NCBI RefSeq assembly: GCF_018350175.1
Contig: NC_058382.1
Location: forward strand, 50,222,001-50,286,000
DNA length: 64,000 nucleotides
Reading direction: 5' to 3'
DNA from: Felis catus
Lineage: Eukaryota
Under the pieces are notes generated by a model, which searched no databases, was not told the DNA's origin, and worked only from the letters and a program-made list of their open reading frames with translations. The translations under genes were made by a program, and so were the position numbers. Shown here piece after piece: positions 25,176 to 38,680 of this stretch (its first letter is position 1; the number at the start of each line of letters is the position of its first letter).

Positions 25176-25305
25176 CTCTTCTCTTCTCTTCTCTTCTCTT
25201 CTCTTCTCTTTTCCCTTTCCCTTTCCCTTTCCCTTTCCCTTTCCCTTTCCCTTTCCTTTTCCTTTTCCTTTTCCTTTTCCTTTGAGAGAGAGAAAGAGCA
25301 CTGAA

Positions 25306-25353
<48 letters not shown>

Positions 25354-25484
25354 ATAATTCCAGGCAGGCTGTGCACCATTAGTGTGGAGCCTGATGCGGT
25401 GCTCAAACTCACAAACCGTGAGGTCATGACCTGGGCCAAAATCAAGAGTTGGACACTTAACTGACTAAGCCACCCAGACACTTC
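25074..25484 (-). mobile_element. CanSINE with about 200-bp compound pyrimidine tail, inserted in L1 ORF2
   Basis: (TTTTC)n(TCTTC)n(TTTCCC)n then (GA)n and SINE body; TSD-like CAGCTTTTCTTT/CGGCTTTGCTTT. Confidence 0.9.
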
Positions 25485-27224
25485 ACGGCTTTGCTTTCCT
25501 TTTTCAGGATTGCTTTGGCTATCCAGGGTCTTTTGTGGTTCCATACAGATTTTAGGATTTTTTTGTTTTTCATGCTAGCTCTGTGAAAATGCTGGTGGTA
25601 TTTTGATAAGGATTGCATTAAATGTGTAGATTGCTTAGGGTAGTATATTCATTTTAGCAATATTTCTTCTTCCAATCTATGAGCGTGGAATGCTTTTCCA
25701 CTTCTTATATCCTCTTCAATTTCCTTCATAAGTGTTCTACAGTTTATAGGGTACAGATCTTTGACCTCTTGGGTTAGGTTTATTCATAGGTATCTTACAT
25801 TTTTTGGTACAGTTGTAAATGGGATCAATTCCTTGATTTCTCGTTCTGCTGCTTCATTATTGGTGTACTGTGGTTGATTTTATATACTGTGATTTTGCTG
25901 AATTCATGTATTCTAGAAATTCTTTTGTGGAGTCTTTTGGATTTTCTACATAGAGTATCAGTTACTTGCAAATAATGAATATTTGACTTCTTCGTTGACA
26001 GTTTGGGTGCCTTTTATTTATTTTTGTTGTCTAGGACTTCCAACACTATGTTGAACAACAGTGGTGAGAGTGAGAGCAGACATCCCTGTTGTGTTCCTGA
26101 CTTGGGGGAAAGCGCTCAGTTTTTTCCCATTTAGGATTATATTAGCTGTGGGTCTTTCTTACATGGCCTTTCTGATATTAAGGTATATTCTATCCCTACT
26201 TTGTTGAGGGTTTTTATCAAGAATGGATCTTGTATTTTGTCAAATGCTTTTTCTGCATCTGTTGAGAGGATTGTATGGTTCTTAACCTGTCTTCTTTTAA
26301 TGTGGTATATCACGTTGATTGATTTTTGAATATTGAACTAGACCTGCAGCCCAGCAATAAATTCCATTTGATTGTGGTGAATAACTCTTTTACTGTACTG
26401 CTGGATTTGATTAGCTAGTGTCTTGCTGGGAATTTTTGCATTCATGTTCATCAGGGAAAGTGGCCTGTAATTCTCCTTTTTAGTGTGGTCTTGGTCTGGT
26501 TTTGGAATCAAGGTGATGCTAGTCTTCAGAGTAAGTTTGGAAGTTTTCCTTCCATTTCTGTTTTTTGGAACAGTTTGAGAATAGGTATGAACTCTTCTTT
26601 AAGTGTCTAGTAGAATTCCCTTGGGAATGCATCTGGCCTTGGACTTTTGTTTCTTAGGAGATTTTTGATTACTGATTCAATTTCCTTGCTGGTTATGGGT
26701 CTGTTAAAAATTTCAGTTTCTGTTTCAGTTTTGGCACTTGATAGGAATTTGTCTATTTCTTCCAGATTGCTCAGTTTGTTGGCATATAATTGCTCATAAT
26801 ATTCTCTTATGGTTATTTGTATTTCTGTAGTGTTAATTATGATGTGATCTGTCCTATCTTATCTCATTCATGATTTTTTTGGGGGGTCTTTTTTCTTTTT
26901 GTTAAGTCTGGCTAGGGGTTTGTCAATTTTACTAATTCTTCTAAAGAACCGGCTTTTAGTTTTGTTGATCTGTTCTACTTTTTTTGTTTCTGTATCCTTT
27001 ACTTCTGCTCTAATCTTTTTTACTTCCCTTCTGTTGACTTTAGGCTTTATTTGCTGTTCCTTTCCTAGTTCCTTTAGGTGTAAGGTTAGGTTGTGTGTTA
27101 GGGACCTTTCTTGCCTCTTGAGGTAGACCTGTATTGTAATATACTTCCCTCTTAGAACTGCCTTTGCTGCATCCTCAAAGTTTTGGAATGTCCTGTTTTC
27201 ATTTTCATTTGCTTCCATGTACTT

Positions 27225-27285
27225 TTTTTTTTTTTTAAAGTTTATTTATTTTGAGAGATACAGAGACTGTGTGAGTAGGGGAGGG

Positions 27286-27345
<60 letters not shown>

Positions 27346-27469
27346 CCCAAGTAGGCTCTGTGCTGCCAGCATAGAGCCCAGTGCAGGTCTTGAACTCATG
27401 AACTATGAGATCATGACCTGCTGAAACCAAGAGTCAGATGCTTAACTGACAGACCCACCCAGGTGCCCC
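27225..27469 (-). mobile_element. CanSINE with long (GA)n, inserted in L1
   Basis: SINE body; degenerate TSD TCCATGTACTT/TCCCTGTCCTT. Confidence 0.92.
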
Positions 27470-30400
27470 TCCCTGTCCTTGTTAATTTCTTAATTTCCTG
27501 GTTAACTCATTCATTCTTTAGTAGGATATTCTTTAGCTTCTGTGTATTTGTAGTCTTTTAAAATTTTTTCTTTTGATGGACTTCAAGTTTCATAGGGGTG
27601 TGGTCTGAAAATAGCATGGTATGATTTTGATCTTTTTGTACTTGGTGAGGGCTGATTTGTGATCCAGTATATGATCACTTCTGGAGAATGTTCCATGTGC
27701 CCTCAAAAAGAATGTGTGTTCTGCTACTTAGGATGAAGTGTTCTGAATATATGTATCAAGTCCATCAGGTCCAGTGTGTCATTCAAAGCCATTGTTTCCT
27801 TGTTGATTTTCTGCTTAGATGATCTTTCCATTGCCATAAGTGGGGTGTTAAAGTCCCCTTACTATTATTGTTTTATTATCAATGAATTTCTTCATGTTTG
27901 TTACTAATTTACTTATACATTTGGGTACTGCCAAATTTGGAGGCATAAATATTTACAATTGTTAGATCTTTTTGATGGATAGACCTCTTAATTATGATAT
28001 AATGCCCTTCTTCATCTCTTGTTACAGTCTTTGTTTAATAATCTAGTTTGTCTGATATAAGTATGGCTACTCCAGCTGTTTTTGACATCTATTAGCATGA
28101 TAGATAGTTCTCCATTCCCTCACTTTCATTCTGCAGGTGTCGTTAGGTGTACGGTGAGTCTCTTGTAGGCAGCATATAGATGGGTCTTGTTTTTTTTTTT
28201 TTTTTAAATCCATTCTGATACCTCTGTGTTTTGATTGGAGCATTTAGTCCATTTACATTACATTTAGAGTGATTATTGAAAGATAAGAATTTTGTGTCAT
28301 TGTGTTACCTATAGAGCTGGTGTTTCTGGTGATGTTCTCTGTTCCTGTTTTTGGTTGCTTTTGGTTCCCTCCCCCCAACCCCCTCAGAGTCCCCTTTAAT
28401 ATTTCTTACGGGGGTAGTTTAGTGGTCATGAACTCCTTTAGTTATTGTTTCTTTGGGAAACTCTTTGTCTCTCCTTCTATTTTGAATGACGGCCTTGCTG
28501 GATAAAGTATTCTTGGTTGCATATTTTTCCCATTCAGCATGTTGAATATATCCTGCCATTTACATCTGGCCTGCCAAGTTTCTGTGGACAGATCTGCTGC
28601 AAACCTGATCTGTCTTCCATTGTAGGTTAAAGACTTTTTTTCTCTTGTTGCTTTCATAATTCTTTCCTTGTCTGTATTTTGTGTATTTTGTGAATTTGAC
28701 TATGATATATCATGGTGATGGCTGGCTTTTGTTTAATTTATTGGGAATTCTGTTGTTCTGGGATTTCTATGTCTGTGTGCTTCCCAAGATTAGTGAAGTT
28801 TTCAGCTATAATTTGCTGAAATATATCTTTTGCTCCTCAGCTTTATTATTTTTCATAATTTTATTTTCTGTATCACTGATTCATTCCTCTGCTTTGTCCA
28901 TCCTTGTTATTGCATTCATTTGGTTTTGCATCTCAGTTATAGCTTTTTAAATTTCGTCCTGACTAGATTTTAGTTCTTGTGTCTCTATAGTGGGTGATTT
29001 TCTCGTGTCTTCTATGCTTTTTTTAAAGTCAAGATAGTATCTTTTTAATTGTTCTTGAAGATCCTAGCTCAGCCATCATACTTGTATCTATATTGATTCA
29101 ATCCCTGCTGTTACTTCCTTCTTTTTTTTGTTTTGGGGTGAATTCCTCTGTCTTGTCATTTTGTCCAGAAAAAGAAAAGCTAGATCCTAGGTTTGTTTTG
29201 GTCTGCTTGTTAAAGGAAGCTAGATCCAAAAAATAAAACTAAAAAAAATATGTAAATGAAAATTAAAAAAATAAAACGAAGCTAGATCCTGTTTCCCCTA
29301 GAACTGAAGCTTTGTAGCACTCTGATCAGTAGGCTTATTGCATGTGAGAGGTGTGTGCTTGTCTTCTGGGGGAAGGGCCTGTTGCACTGATCCTCAGGCT
29401 GACCTGCCCTAGTAGTTAAGTATCTGCAAGGCACAGGGCAGCAGAACTTGGTGTAAGTGGCTCCGGTCACCACTTGGTAGCGCTGTTTAGCTCACTGAGG
29501 TTGGTTAGTGCTGATGGGCAGGGAGTGGAAGTGGGGGATGGCTTTTCTCTTCTCTCTCCTTCCTGGAGCAGACAGCCTGTACCTGCCCCTCTTAAACAAG
29601 CCCTAACAGAAGAGCAAACAGTCACCCCTCTTGTGTCCCTGGCGTTGGTCAGATCCCTGCCTTCACCCTGTGTTGGAGCTGTCTGCCTGCCGGGTGGCGC
29701 AGTACTTGTGTGTTCTATCTCAGGTGTGGGGCTGGGTTTTCAAACTCTAAATTTTAGGGACTGATCCTCTGGGGGAGGATCTCCCTGAACTTTTGCTGTT
29801 TTCCAGCCAGTCCCAGGAAAGTGGTCACATGACTGTGCGGCTTTTTGGAGTTTATGGCAAAGTGGAGCACAAAATACCAAGCCTCACTGCTCTCCGAGCC
29901 AGTCAGCAGGTGTCTCTGCTCCTATACCTGGGAACAGTGCATGTCATTGGAGCCACCCATTCTTGTGTCCCTGGAGAGGCCTTGCTGCCTCTCCCAGTTG
30001 CACTCCCAAGCATGGGAACGATTCCTCCTCACGTGACTCAGCAGCTCCTCAGACCACACCGTCTGCTCCGGGGTCTTCACCCTCCCTTCCCACAGAAGCA
30101 CTCCAAAGCTAGATATGACTGAAGGGGTGGCGAAATTCTAAAACTTCAGATTTTGCACTCTGCTGCTTATAATGACTTGTGGTAGTCTCTATAAGCAAGG
30201 CTCCCTCCCTTCTGCAGCACCTGCAGTTCTTATCTCCCCCAAATCACCTCTCCCCAGCTCCTACTATCCACATCATTTTTTTTTTTACTTGTAGATTTGC
30301 AGTTTTGTTCTCTCAGTCCTTGGATTGATATCTTGGGTTTTCAGAATGATTTGATACTTAACCAGTTGTGTTCCAGGGACAGGGCAAGCTTGGGGTCCCC

Positions 30401-31044
30401 TTACTTTTCCACCATCTTCACTCTTCTCCTAGTACTTAATTCCACTGTAAGTTTGCTGTATGTGATGGTATCAATGATTTTAGGTGGGGGCATTTTCTTT
30501 GATGAGGAGGTTCACAGACCCAGGACATGATATTTTGCTTGGATCAGTTTGGAAGTAGCTGGAGGTGGCTATGTGTGTGAGAAAGCTTTCATGGCTTTCT
30601 AGATTTCATATATTCTTTGCTCTATATTTTTAAGTTTCATTCATAAAATTTTCAATTCAGGTGTCCTTAGTCCTAACCCTTCTTCAGGAAAGAAGCCCTA
30701 TGTGTCTTTGAGACTTCCCACAGAAACAAGGAAAATGTGATGTATTTACTATCAGCTCTTCATAAGATGCCTTCACCCAAGTGCATTTGACATGAAATGA
30801 TTTGTAATTACAGAATATGATTGCATAGGTCTGGTTTTAATTTTCTTTCTTTACCAAATAAAGCAAATCATTTTTTTGTGAATGCCTTGCTTTGAAATAT
30901 TTATTTTTCCTTTTCAGCTGTATTATTTCCCTCTCTTCTGACATGGTTTATCCCCTGGAAATATGTCTTAGTTACACATTCATGAGCATTCTCATTTTAG
31001 TTACCCTTGAAAGTATTTTTTTATTTTTCTTTATTTTATGTTTT

Positions 31045-32050
31045 CTAAAATTAAAAATAGAATTACCATATGATCTGGCAATCCCACTTTTGAGTATATA
31101 TCCAAAAGAGTTGAAATAAGTATCCCAAATAGTTATCTGTACCCCCTTGTTCTTTGCAGCATTATTCATAATAGCTAAGATATGGAAACAATTCATTTGT
31201 CTTGTTGACGAATGGACAAAGAAACTATGGCATAAACATGCATGGACTATTATTTAGCCTTAAAAAATAAAGAAGTACTGAAATATATGAGAACATGGAT
31301 AAAACTAGGGGACATTATACTATATGAAATAAGGCAGCTGCAAACAGACATACACTGCATTATTCCACTTACATGAGGTATCCACAATAGTCACACACAG
31401 AGGCAGAGAATGGAATGGTGGTTTCCAGGGGTTAGGGAGAAGGAGTTGTTCACGGAGCATAAAGTTTCAGTTATACAAGATGAATATGTTCCAGACATCT
31501 GCTGTGCAACATAGTGCCTGTAATTAACAATACATATTGTGTACTTTAATATATATTAAGAGTAAATTTCATGTTAAGTTTTCTTACCACAAAAAACAAA
31601 GCAAAACCCCATAAAAGAACACAAGGAAATTTTGGGAAGTGGATAGATATGTTTAAGTACCTTGGTTGTGACAGTGGTGTCACAGGTATATGCATAAGCC
31701 TTAACTCATCAAGATGTATACATTAAAGAGGTGCCTGGGTGACTCGGTTAAGCGTCCAACTCTTGATTTTGCTTCAGATCATGATCTCACGGTTTGAGGT
31801 TGAGCCCTGTGTCAGGCTCGCTGTGACAACCTGGAACCTGCCTGGAATTCTCTCTTTTTCTCTTTCTCTTTCTCTTTCTCTTTCTCTTCTCTTTCTCTTT
31901 CTCTTTCTCTTTCTCTTTCTCTTTCTCTGTCCCTCCCCTGCTCATTTTCTCTGTCTCTGTCTCTCTCTCAATAAACTTAAAAATGTATACATTAAATATG
32001 TGCAGTTTTTTGTTTAATGATTATACCTCAAAAATATAAAAACTAAAATT
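31045..32050 (+). mobile_element. L1MA-like 3' end (ORF2 C-terminus and 3'UTR), interrupted by a SINE
   Basis: AAAATAGAATTACCATATGATC.GCAATCCCACTT (KIELPYD.AIPLL) and L1MA 3'UTR motifs. Confidence 0.85.
31728..31980 (+). mobile_element. CanSINE with (CTCTTT)n expansion
   Basis: TSD ATGTATACATTAAA on both sides. Confidence 0.92.
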
Positions 32051-32098
32051 AAATCAATCAACTTTTTCTTTAGAGACTTGCCTATCTTTTCTACCTTC

Positions 32099-32270
32099 CT
32101 TTTTTTTTTTTTTTTTTTTTTTTCCATTTTAGAGAGATTGGGTGCAAGCAGGGGAGGGGCAGAGCACTCAGCACAGAGCCCAAAGCAGAGCTTGATCCCA
32201 CAGCCCTGGGATCGTGACTTGAGCCAAAATCAAGAGTTGGACACTCAACTTACTAAGCCACCCAGGCATC
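32099..32270 (-). mobile_element. Internally deleted CanSINE
   Basis: T tail and SINE head; TSD-like TTTTCTRCCTTC. Confidence 0.85.
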
Positions 32271-32494
32271 TCTTTTTTCTGCCTTCTACTTTGAAATCCT
32301 TACTGCCTTCAGATATATCCTCTATAGAGCTGTGTTGATTTACTGAAATGTGTTCCTTACATGTGTCTATGATTGCTTCTGTCTACATCCCTCTTCTGGA
32401 GGATACAGTCCCCATTGGGAATGTTCAAATGGAATGTTCCACCCAAGTTTTCTGCTTTGCTCTGTTTCTGTTTTCTACAGTTTTTCTTTTCCTT

Positions 32495-32698
32495 TATAAA
32501 AAATTTTGTTTCTTTTTTTTTGGGAGAGAGAAAGAGAGCACGAGCAAGAGAAGGGCGAGAGAGAGAGAGAGACATAGAATCCGAAGCAGGCTCCAGGCTG
32601 TGATCTGTCAGCCCAGAGCCCGACGCGCGGCTCCAACCCATGAACCGTGAGATCATGGCCTGAGTTGAAGTTGGACCATTGAGCCACACAGGTGTCCC
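32495..32698 (-). mobile_element. CanSINE without visible TSD
   Basis: SINE body ending GGTGTCCC directly before TAGACCATTCACATTT. Confidence 0.9.
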
Positions 32699-32969
32699 TA
32701 GACCATTCACATTTGTCTATCTGTCTAATTATAAAATTTTGTTACTTATAATTTAATTTTTTTTTACTTACATCCAGATTAGTCAGCATATAGGGTGGCA
32801 GTGATTTCAGGAGTAGATTCCTTAATGCCCCTTACCCATTTAGCCCGTCCCCTCTTCCACAACCCCTCCAGTAACCCTCTGTTCTCCATATTTAAGAGTC
32901 TCTTATGTTTTGTCCCCCTCTCTGTTTTTATATTATTTTTGCTTCCCTTCCCATATGAGTGAAGTCCTA

Positions 32970-35900
32970 TGATATGTCTTTCTCTAATTTCACTTAGCAT
33001 AATACCCTCTAGTTCCATCCACATGGTTGCAAGTGGCAAGATTTCATTCCTTTTGATTGCTGAGTAATAATCCACTGTATGTATATACCATATCTTCTTT
33101 ATTCATCCATTGATGGACATTTGGGCTCTTTCCATACTTTGGCTGTTGTTGATAGTGCTGCTATAAACATGGGGGTGCATGTGTCCCTTCAAAACAGCAC
33201 ACCTGTGTCCCTTGAAATAATACCTAGTAGTACAATTGCTGGGTCGTAGGGTAGTTCTATTTTTAATTTTTTGAGGAACCTTCATACTGTTTCCCAGAGT
33301 GGCTGCACCAGCTTGGATTCCCAAGAAAAATGCAAAAGAGATCCTCTTTGTCTGCATTCTCCCCAACCTCTGTTCTTGCCTGAGTTGCTAATGTAAGCCA
33401 TTCTGACAGGTGGGAGGGGGTATCTCATTGTAGTTTTGATTTGTATTTCCCTGATGATGAGTGATGTTGAGCATTTTTCATGTGTCAGTTGGCCATCTGG
33501 GTGTCTTCTTTGGAGAAGTGTCTTTCATGTCTTTTGGCCATGTCTTTACTGGATGATTTGTTTTTTGGGTGTTGAGTTTGATAAGTTCTTTATAGATTTT
33601 GGATACTAACCTTTTATCTGATATGGCGTTTGCAAATATCTTCTCCCATTCTGTCAGTTGCCTTTTAGTTTTGCTGATTGTTTCCTTCACTGTGCAGAAG
33701 CTTTTTATTTTGATGAGGTCCCAGTAGTTCATTTTTGCTTTCATTTCCCTTGCCTCCAGAGACGTGTTGAAGTTGCTGCGGCCAAGATCAAAGAGGTTTT
33801 CCTGCTTTCTCCTTGGGGATTTTGATGGCTTCCTGTCTTACATTGAGGTCTTTCATCCATTTTGAGTTTATTTTTGTGTATGGTGTAAGAAAGTGGTCCA
33901 GGTTCATTCTTCTGCATGTCTCTGTCCAGTTTTCCCAGCACCACTTATTGAAGAGACTGTCTTTATTCCATTGGGTATTCTTTCCTGCTTTGTCAAAGAT
34001 TAGTTGGCCATACATTTGTGGGTCCATTTCTGGGTTCTCTATTGTGTTCCATTGATCTGAGTGTCTGTTCTTGTGCCAATACCATACTGTCTTGATGATT
34101 ACAGCTTTGTAGTATATATAGCTTGAAGTCTGGGATTGTGATGCCTCCTGCTTTGGTTTTCTTTTTCAAGATTGCTTTGGCTATTTGGGGTCTTCTCTGA
34201 TTCCATACAAATTTTAGGATTATTTGTTCTAGCTCTGTGAAGAGTGCTGGTGTTATTTTGATAGGGATTGCATTGAATATGTAGATTGCTTTGGGTAGTA
34301 TCAACATTCTGACAATATTTGTTATTCCTATCCAGGAGCATGGATTTTTTCCCATTTTTTTTGTGTCTTCTTCAGTTCCTTTCATAAGATTTCTGCAGTT
34401 TTCAGTGTATAGATTTTTCACCTCTTTGGTTAGATTTATTCTGAGAGATTTTAAGGTTTTTGGTGCAGTTGTAAATACAGTTTGGGGCAAATTGTAAATG
34501 ATTTCTTTCTGTTGCTTCATTGTTGGTGAATAGAAATGCAACCATTTTCTGTGCATTGATTTTATATCCTGCAACTTTGTGGCATTCATGAATCCGTTCT
34601 AGCAGTTTTTGGTGGAATCTTTAGGGTTTTCCACATAGAGTATCATGTCATCTGCGAAGAGTGAAAGTTTGACCTCTTCCTGGCCGATTTGGATGCCTTT
34701 TATTTCTTTGTGTTGTCTGATTGCAGAGGCTAAGACTTTGAATACTATGTTGAATAAGAGTGGCGAGAGTGGACATCCCTGTCTTATTCCTGACCTTAGG
34801 GGGAAAGCTCTCAGTTTTTCCCCATTGAGGATGATATTAGCGTTGGGTCTTTCGTATATGGCTTTTATGATCTCTTGTATGCTCCTTCTATCCCTACTTT
34901 CTTGAGGGTTTTTATCAAGAAACCATGCTGTATTTTGTCAAATGCTTTCTCTGCATCTATTGAGGGGATCATATGGTTCTTGTATTTTTATTGATGTGAT
35001 GAATCATGTTAATTGTTTTCTGGATATTGAACCAGCCCTGAATCTCAGGTATAAATCCCACTTGGTCGTGGTGAAATTTTTTTAATGTATTGTTGGATCC
35101 AGTTGGCTAATATCTTGTTGAGGATTTTTGTATCCATGTTCATCAGGGAAATTGGTATAGTTCTCCTTTTTAGTGGGGTCTCTGTCTGGTTTTGGAATCA
35201 AGGTAATGCTGGCTTCATAGATAGAGTTTGGAAGTTTTCATTGCATTTCTATTTTTTGGAATGGCTTCAAGAGAATAGGTGTTAACTCTTCCTTAAATGT
35301 TTGGTAGAATTCCCCTGGAAAGCCATCTGGCCCTGGACTCTTGTTTTTTTGGGAGATGTTTGATTACTAATTCGATTTCCTTACAGGTTATGGGTCTGTT
35401 CAAATTTTCTATTTCTTCCTGTTTCGGTTTGGTAGTGTGTATGTTTCTAGGAATTTGTCTATTTCTTCTAGATTGCCCATTTAATTGGCATATATTGCTC
35501 ATAATATTCTCTTATTGTTTTTATTCCTGCTGTGTTGTGATCTCTGTTTTTTTTTTGGTTTCAATAGCATTAATTTCTGCTCTGATCTTTATTATTTCCT
35601 GTCTTCTGCTGGTTTTGGATTTTATTTGCTGTCTTTTTCCAGCTCTTTAAGGTGTAAGGTTAGGTTGTGTGTCTGAGGTCTTTCTTCCTTCTTTAGGAAG
35701 GCCTGGATTGCTATATACTTTCCTCTTATGACCACCTTTGCTGCATCCTAGAGGTTTTGGGTTGTGGTGTTATCATTTTCATTGACTTCCATATATTTTT
35801 AATTTCCTCTTTAACTTCTTGGTTGGCCCATTCATTCTTTAATAGGATATTCCTCAGTCTCCAACTCTTTGTTACCTTTCTGAATTTTTTCTTGTGGTTG

Positions 35901-36839
35901 ATTTCAAGTTTCATAGCTTTGTGGTCTGAAAATATGCTTGGTATGATCTCGATCTTTTTGTACTTGCTGAGGGCTGATTTGTGTCCCAGTTTGTGGTCTA
36001 TTCTGGAAAATGTTCCATGTGCACTGGAGAAGAATGTATATTCCATTGCTTTAGGATGAAATGTTCTGAATATATCTGTTAAGTCCATCTGGTCCAGGGT
36101 GTCATTTAAAGCCATTGTTTCCTTGTTGATTTTTTGATTAGATGATCTGTCCATTGCTGTGTGTGGGGTGTTGAAGTCTACTATTATGGTATTACTATCA
36201 ATGAGTTAGTTTATGGGTGTGATTAATTGATGTATATATTTGGTCCTCCCACATTTGGCGCATAAATGTTTACAATTGTTAGATCTTCTTGGTCTATAGA
36301 CCCCTTGATTATGATACAGTGCCCTTCTGCATCTCTTGATGCAGTCTTTATTTTAAAGTCTCGATTGTCTGATATAAGTATGGCTACTCGGGCTTTCTTT
36401 TGTTGACCATTTGCATGATAGATGGTTCTCCATCCCATTACTTTTTTTTTTTAAATTTTTTTTTCAACGTTTATTTATTTTTGGGACAGAGAGAGACAGA
36501 GCATGAACGGGGGAGGGGCAGAGAGAGAGGGAGACACAGAATCGGAAACAGGCTCCAGGCTCTGAGCCATCAGCCCAGAGCCCGATGCGGGGCTCGAACT
36601 CACGGACTGCGAGATCGTGACCTGGCTGAAGTTGGACGCCCAACCGACTGCGCCACCCAGGCGCCCAATCCCATTACTTTCAATCTGAAGGCATCTTTAG
36701 GTCTCAAGTGGGTCTCTTGTAAACAGCATATAGATGGATCTTGTTTTCTTATCCATTCTGTTACCCTATGTCTTTTTATTGGAGCATTTACTCCATTAAT
36801 GTTTAGAGTGAGTACTGAAAGATATGAATTTATTGCCAT
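32970..36839 (-). pseudogene. L1 ORF2 (endonuclease/reverse transcriptase), frameshifted and SINE-interrupted
   Basis: Fragments [78 protein letters not shown]. Confidence 0.9.
36445..36666 (-). mobile_element. Young CanSINE inserted in L1 endonuclease region
   Basis: TSD ATCCCATTACTTT at 36432 and 36668. Confidence 0.96.
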
Positions 36840-36922
36840 TATGTTGCTTGTAGAGTTGGAGTTTCTGGTGGTGTTCTCTGGTCCTTTCTTATCTTTGTTG
36901 CTTTTGGTACTTACTTACATAT

Positions 36923-36989
36923 TCCTTCCTTCCTTCCTTCCTTCCTTCCTTCCTTCCTTCCTTCCTTCCTTCCTTCCTTCCTTCCTTCA
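36923..36989. repeat. (TTCC)n microsatellite in L1 inter-ORF region
   Basis: Read directly. Confidence 0.95.
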
Positions 36990-37009
36990 TCTATTTTTTT
37001 CTCTCCTAA

Positions 37010-38085
37010 GAGAGTCCCTCCCTTAAAATTTCTTGCAGGGCTGGTTTAGTGGCCACAAATTCTTTTAATTTTTGTTTGGGAAATGTTTTTTAAAAACATT
37101 TTTAATGTTTATTTTTGAGAGAGAGAAAGAGAACATGAACAGGGGAGGGGCAGAGAGAGGGAGACACAGAATCCGAAGCAGACTCCAAGCTCCGAGCTGT
37201 CAGCACAGAGCCCGATGTGGGGCTCGAACCCATGGGCTGTGAGAGCATGACCCGAGCTGAAGTTAGGCCCCCCCTGTCTGGGAAGCTTTTTATCTCTCCT
37301 TCTATTTTGAATAACAGCCTTATTGGATAAAGCATCTTGGCTGCATATTTTTTTTTATTCAGCGCATTGAATATATCCTGCCACTCCTTTCTGGCTTCCC
37401 AACTTTATGTGGATAGGTTTGCTGCAAACCTGATCTGTCTTCCCTTGTAGGTTAAGGACTTTTTTCCTTGCTGCTTTCATGATTCTGTCCTTGTGTGAGT
37501 ATTTTGTGAATTTGATTATGATATGTCTTGTTGATGGTCAGTTTTTGTTGAATCTAATGGGAGTCCTCTGTGCTTCTCGGATTTTGATGTCTGTGTCTTT
37601 CCCCAGGTTAGGAAAGTTTTCTGCTATGATTTGCTCACATAACCCTTCTACCTCTATTTCTGTCTCTTCCTCTTCTGGGACCCCTATGATTCTGATGTTG
37701 TTCCTTTTTAATGAGTCACTGATTTCTCTAATTCTTAAATTGTGCTCTTTTGCCTTCATCTCCCTCTTTTTTTTCTGCTTCATTATTCTCCATAAGTTTG
37801 GTCTCTTTATCGCTGATTCTCTGTTCTGCCTCATCCATCCTTTCCACCACGGCATCCATTTGAGATTGCAGCTCAGTTAGCATTTTTTAATTTCATCCTG
37901 ACTAGCTTTTACTTCTTTTATCTCTTCAGAAAGGGATCTAATCTATTTTCAACTCCACCTAGTATTCTTATTATTTTGATTCTAAATTCTGGTTCATACA
38001 TCTTGCTTGTATCTCTGTTGGTTAAGTCCCTGGCTGTCATTTCTTCCTGCTCTTTCTTTTGGGGTGAATTCCTTCATTTTGTCGT
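37010..38085 (-). pseudogene. L1 ORF1, disrupted
   Basis: Fragment LREISDSLKRNNIRIIGVPEEEE..IIAENFPNLGK..IREAQRTP (37538-37855). Confidence 0.88.
37085..37274 (-). mobile_element. CanSINE (5'-shortened) inserted in L1 ORF1
   Basis: SINE body; TSD-like TGTTTGGGAA/TGTCTGGGAA. Confidence 0.9.
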
Positions 38086-38661
38086 TTTGAAGGGAGAAAA
38101 GGAATTAATGAGGTAGAAGTATTTAAAATAAAAAAAATTAAAATTAAAAAATACTAGAATTAAAAAATTACACACACACACACACACATACACACAATTG
38201 AATAAATGATGCTAGATCCTAGGTATGTTTTGGTTTGGGTGTTGAATGTGGCTTGATTGTTTAGAGAAAAAAGGGAAAAAAGAAAAAAGGAAATTGTTTG
38301 AAAATTTGAAAAAATGAATACTCTGAAGTATGCTAAAATGAAATGATGGAAGTAAAATAGAATTTGAAAGAAATTACCGCAAAGTAAACAACATAGTATA
38401 AAAAAATGAAAGAAAAATATTTTTAATACATTTGAAAATGAAAATGAATTTTTTTCCTTTTCTGTATTCAAGAAAAGAAATGAAAAAGAGAAAATGAAAT
38501 GAAGAAAATTGAATAGTTGGACCGGCTAACAGACTGAAATACGACTGAAATTACTTTGTTTTCCCCTGCAAGTCAAACTCTGAAGCGCTTTATAGTCCAT
38601 AAACTAAGCAGGTAGAGTGATTTGTGGCCCAGTTGGGCAGGGCTTAGTGTAATGGCTCCGT

Positions 38662-38680
38662 TCTCCACTAGATGGCGCTA
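38662..38680 (+). promoter_or_regulatory. CTCF-like motif within L1 5'UTR
   Basis: TCTCCACTAGATGGCGCTA fits the CCAC[CT]AG[AG][GT]GGC core; motif only, no binding data. Confidence 0.5.

Larger units (their letters stand above)
23521..30429 (-). mobile_element. Full-length decayed carnivore LINE-1 (5'UTR, ORF1, ORF2, 3'UTR)
   Basis: ORF1-like 28442-28657 (RFAADLSTETWQAR..RILYPAR), ORF2-like 26868-27218 and 24607-24831, GC-rich 5'UTR about 29280-30429; degenerate TSD CTTAATTCC at both ends. Confidence 0.92.
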
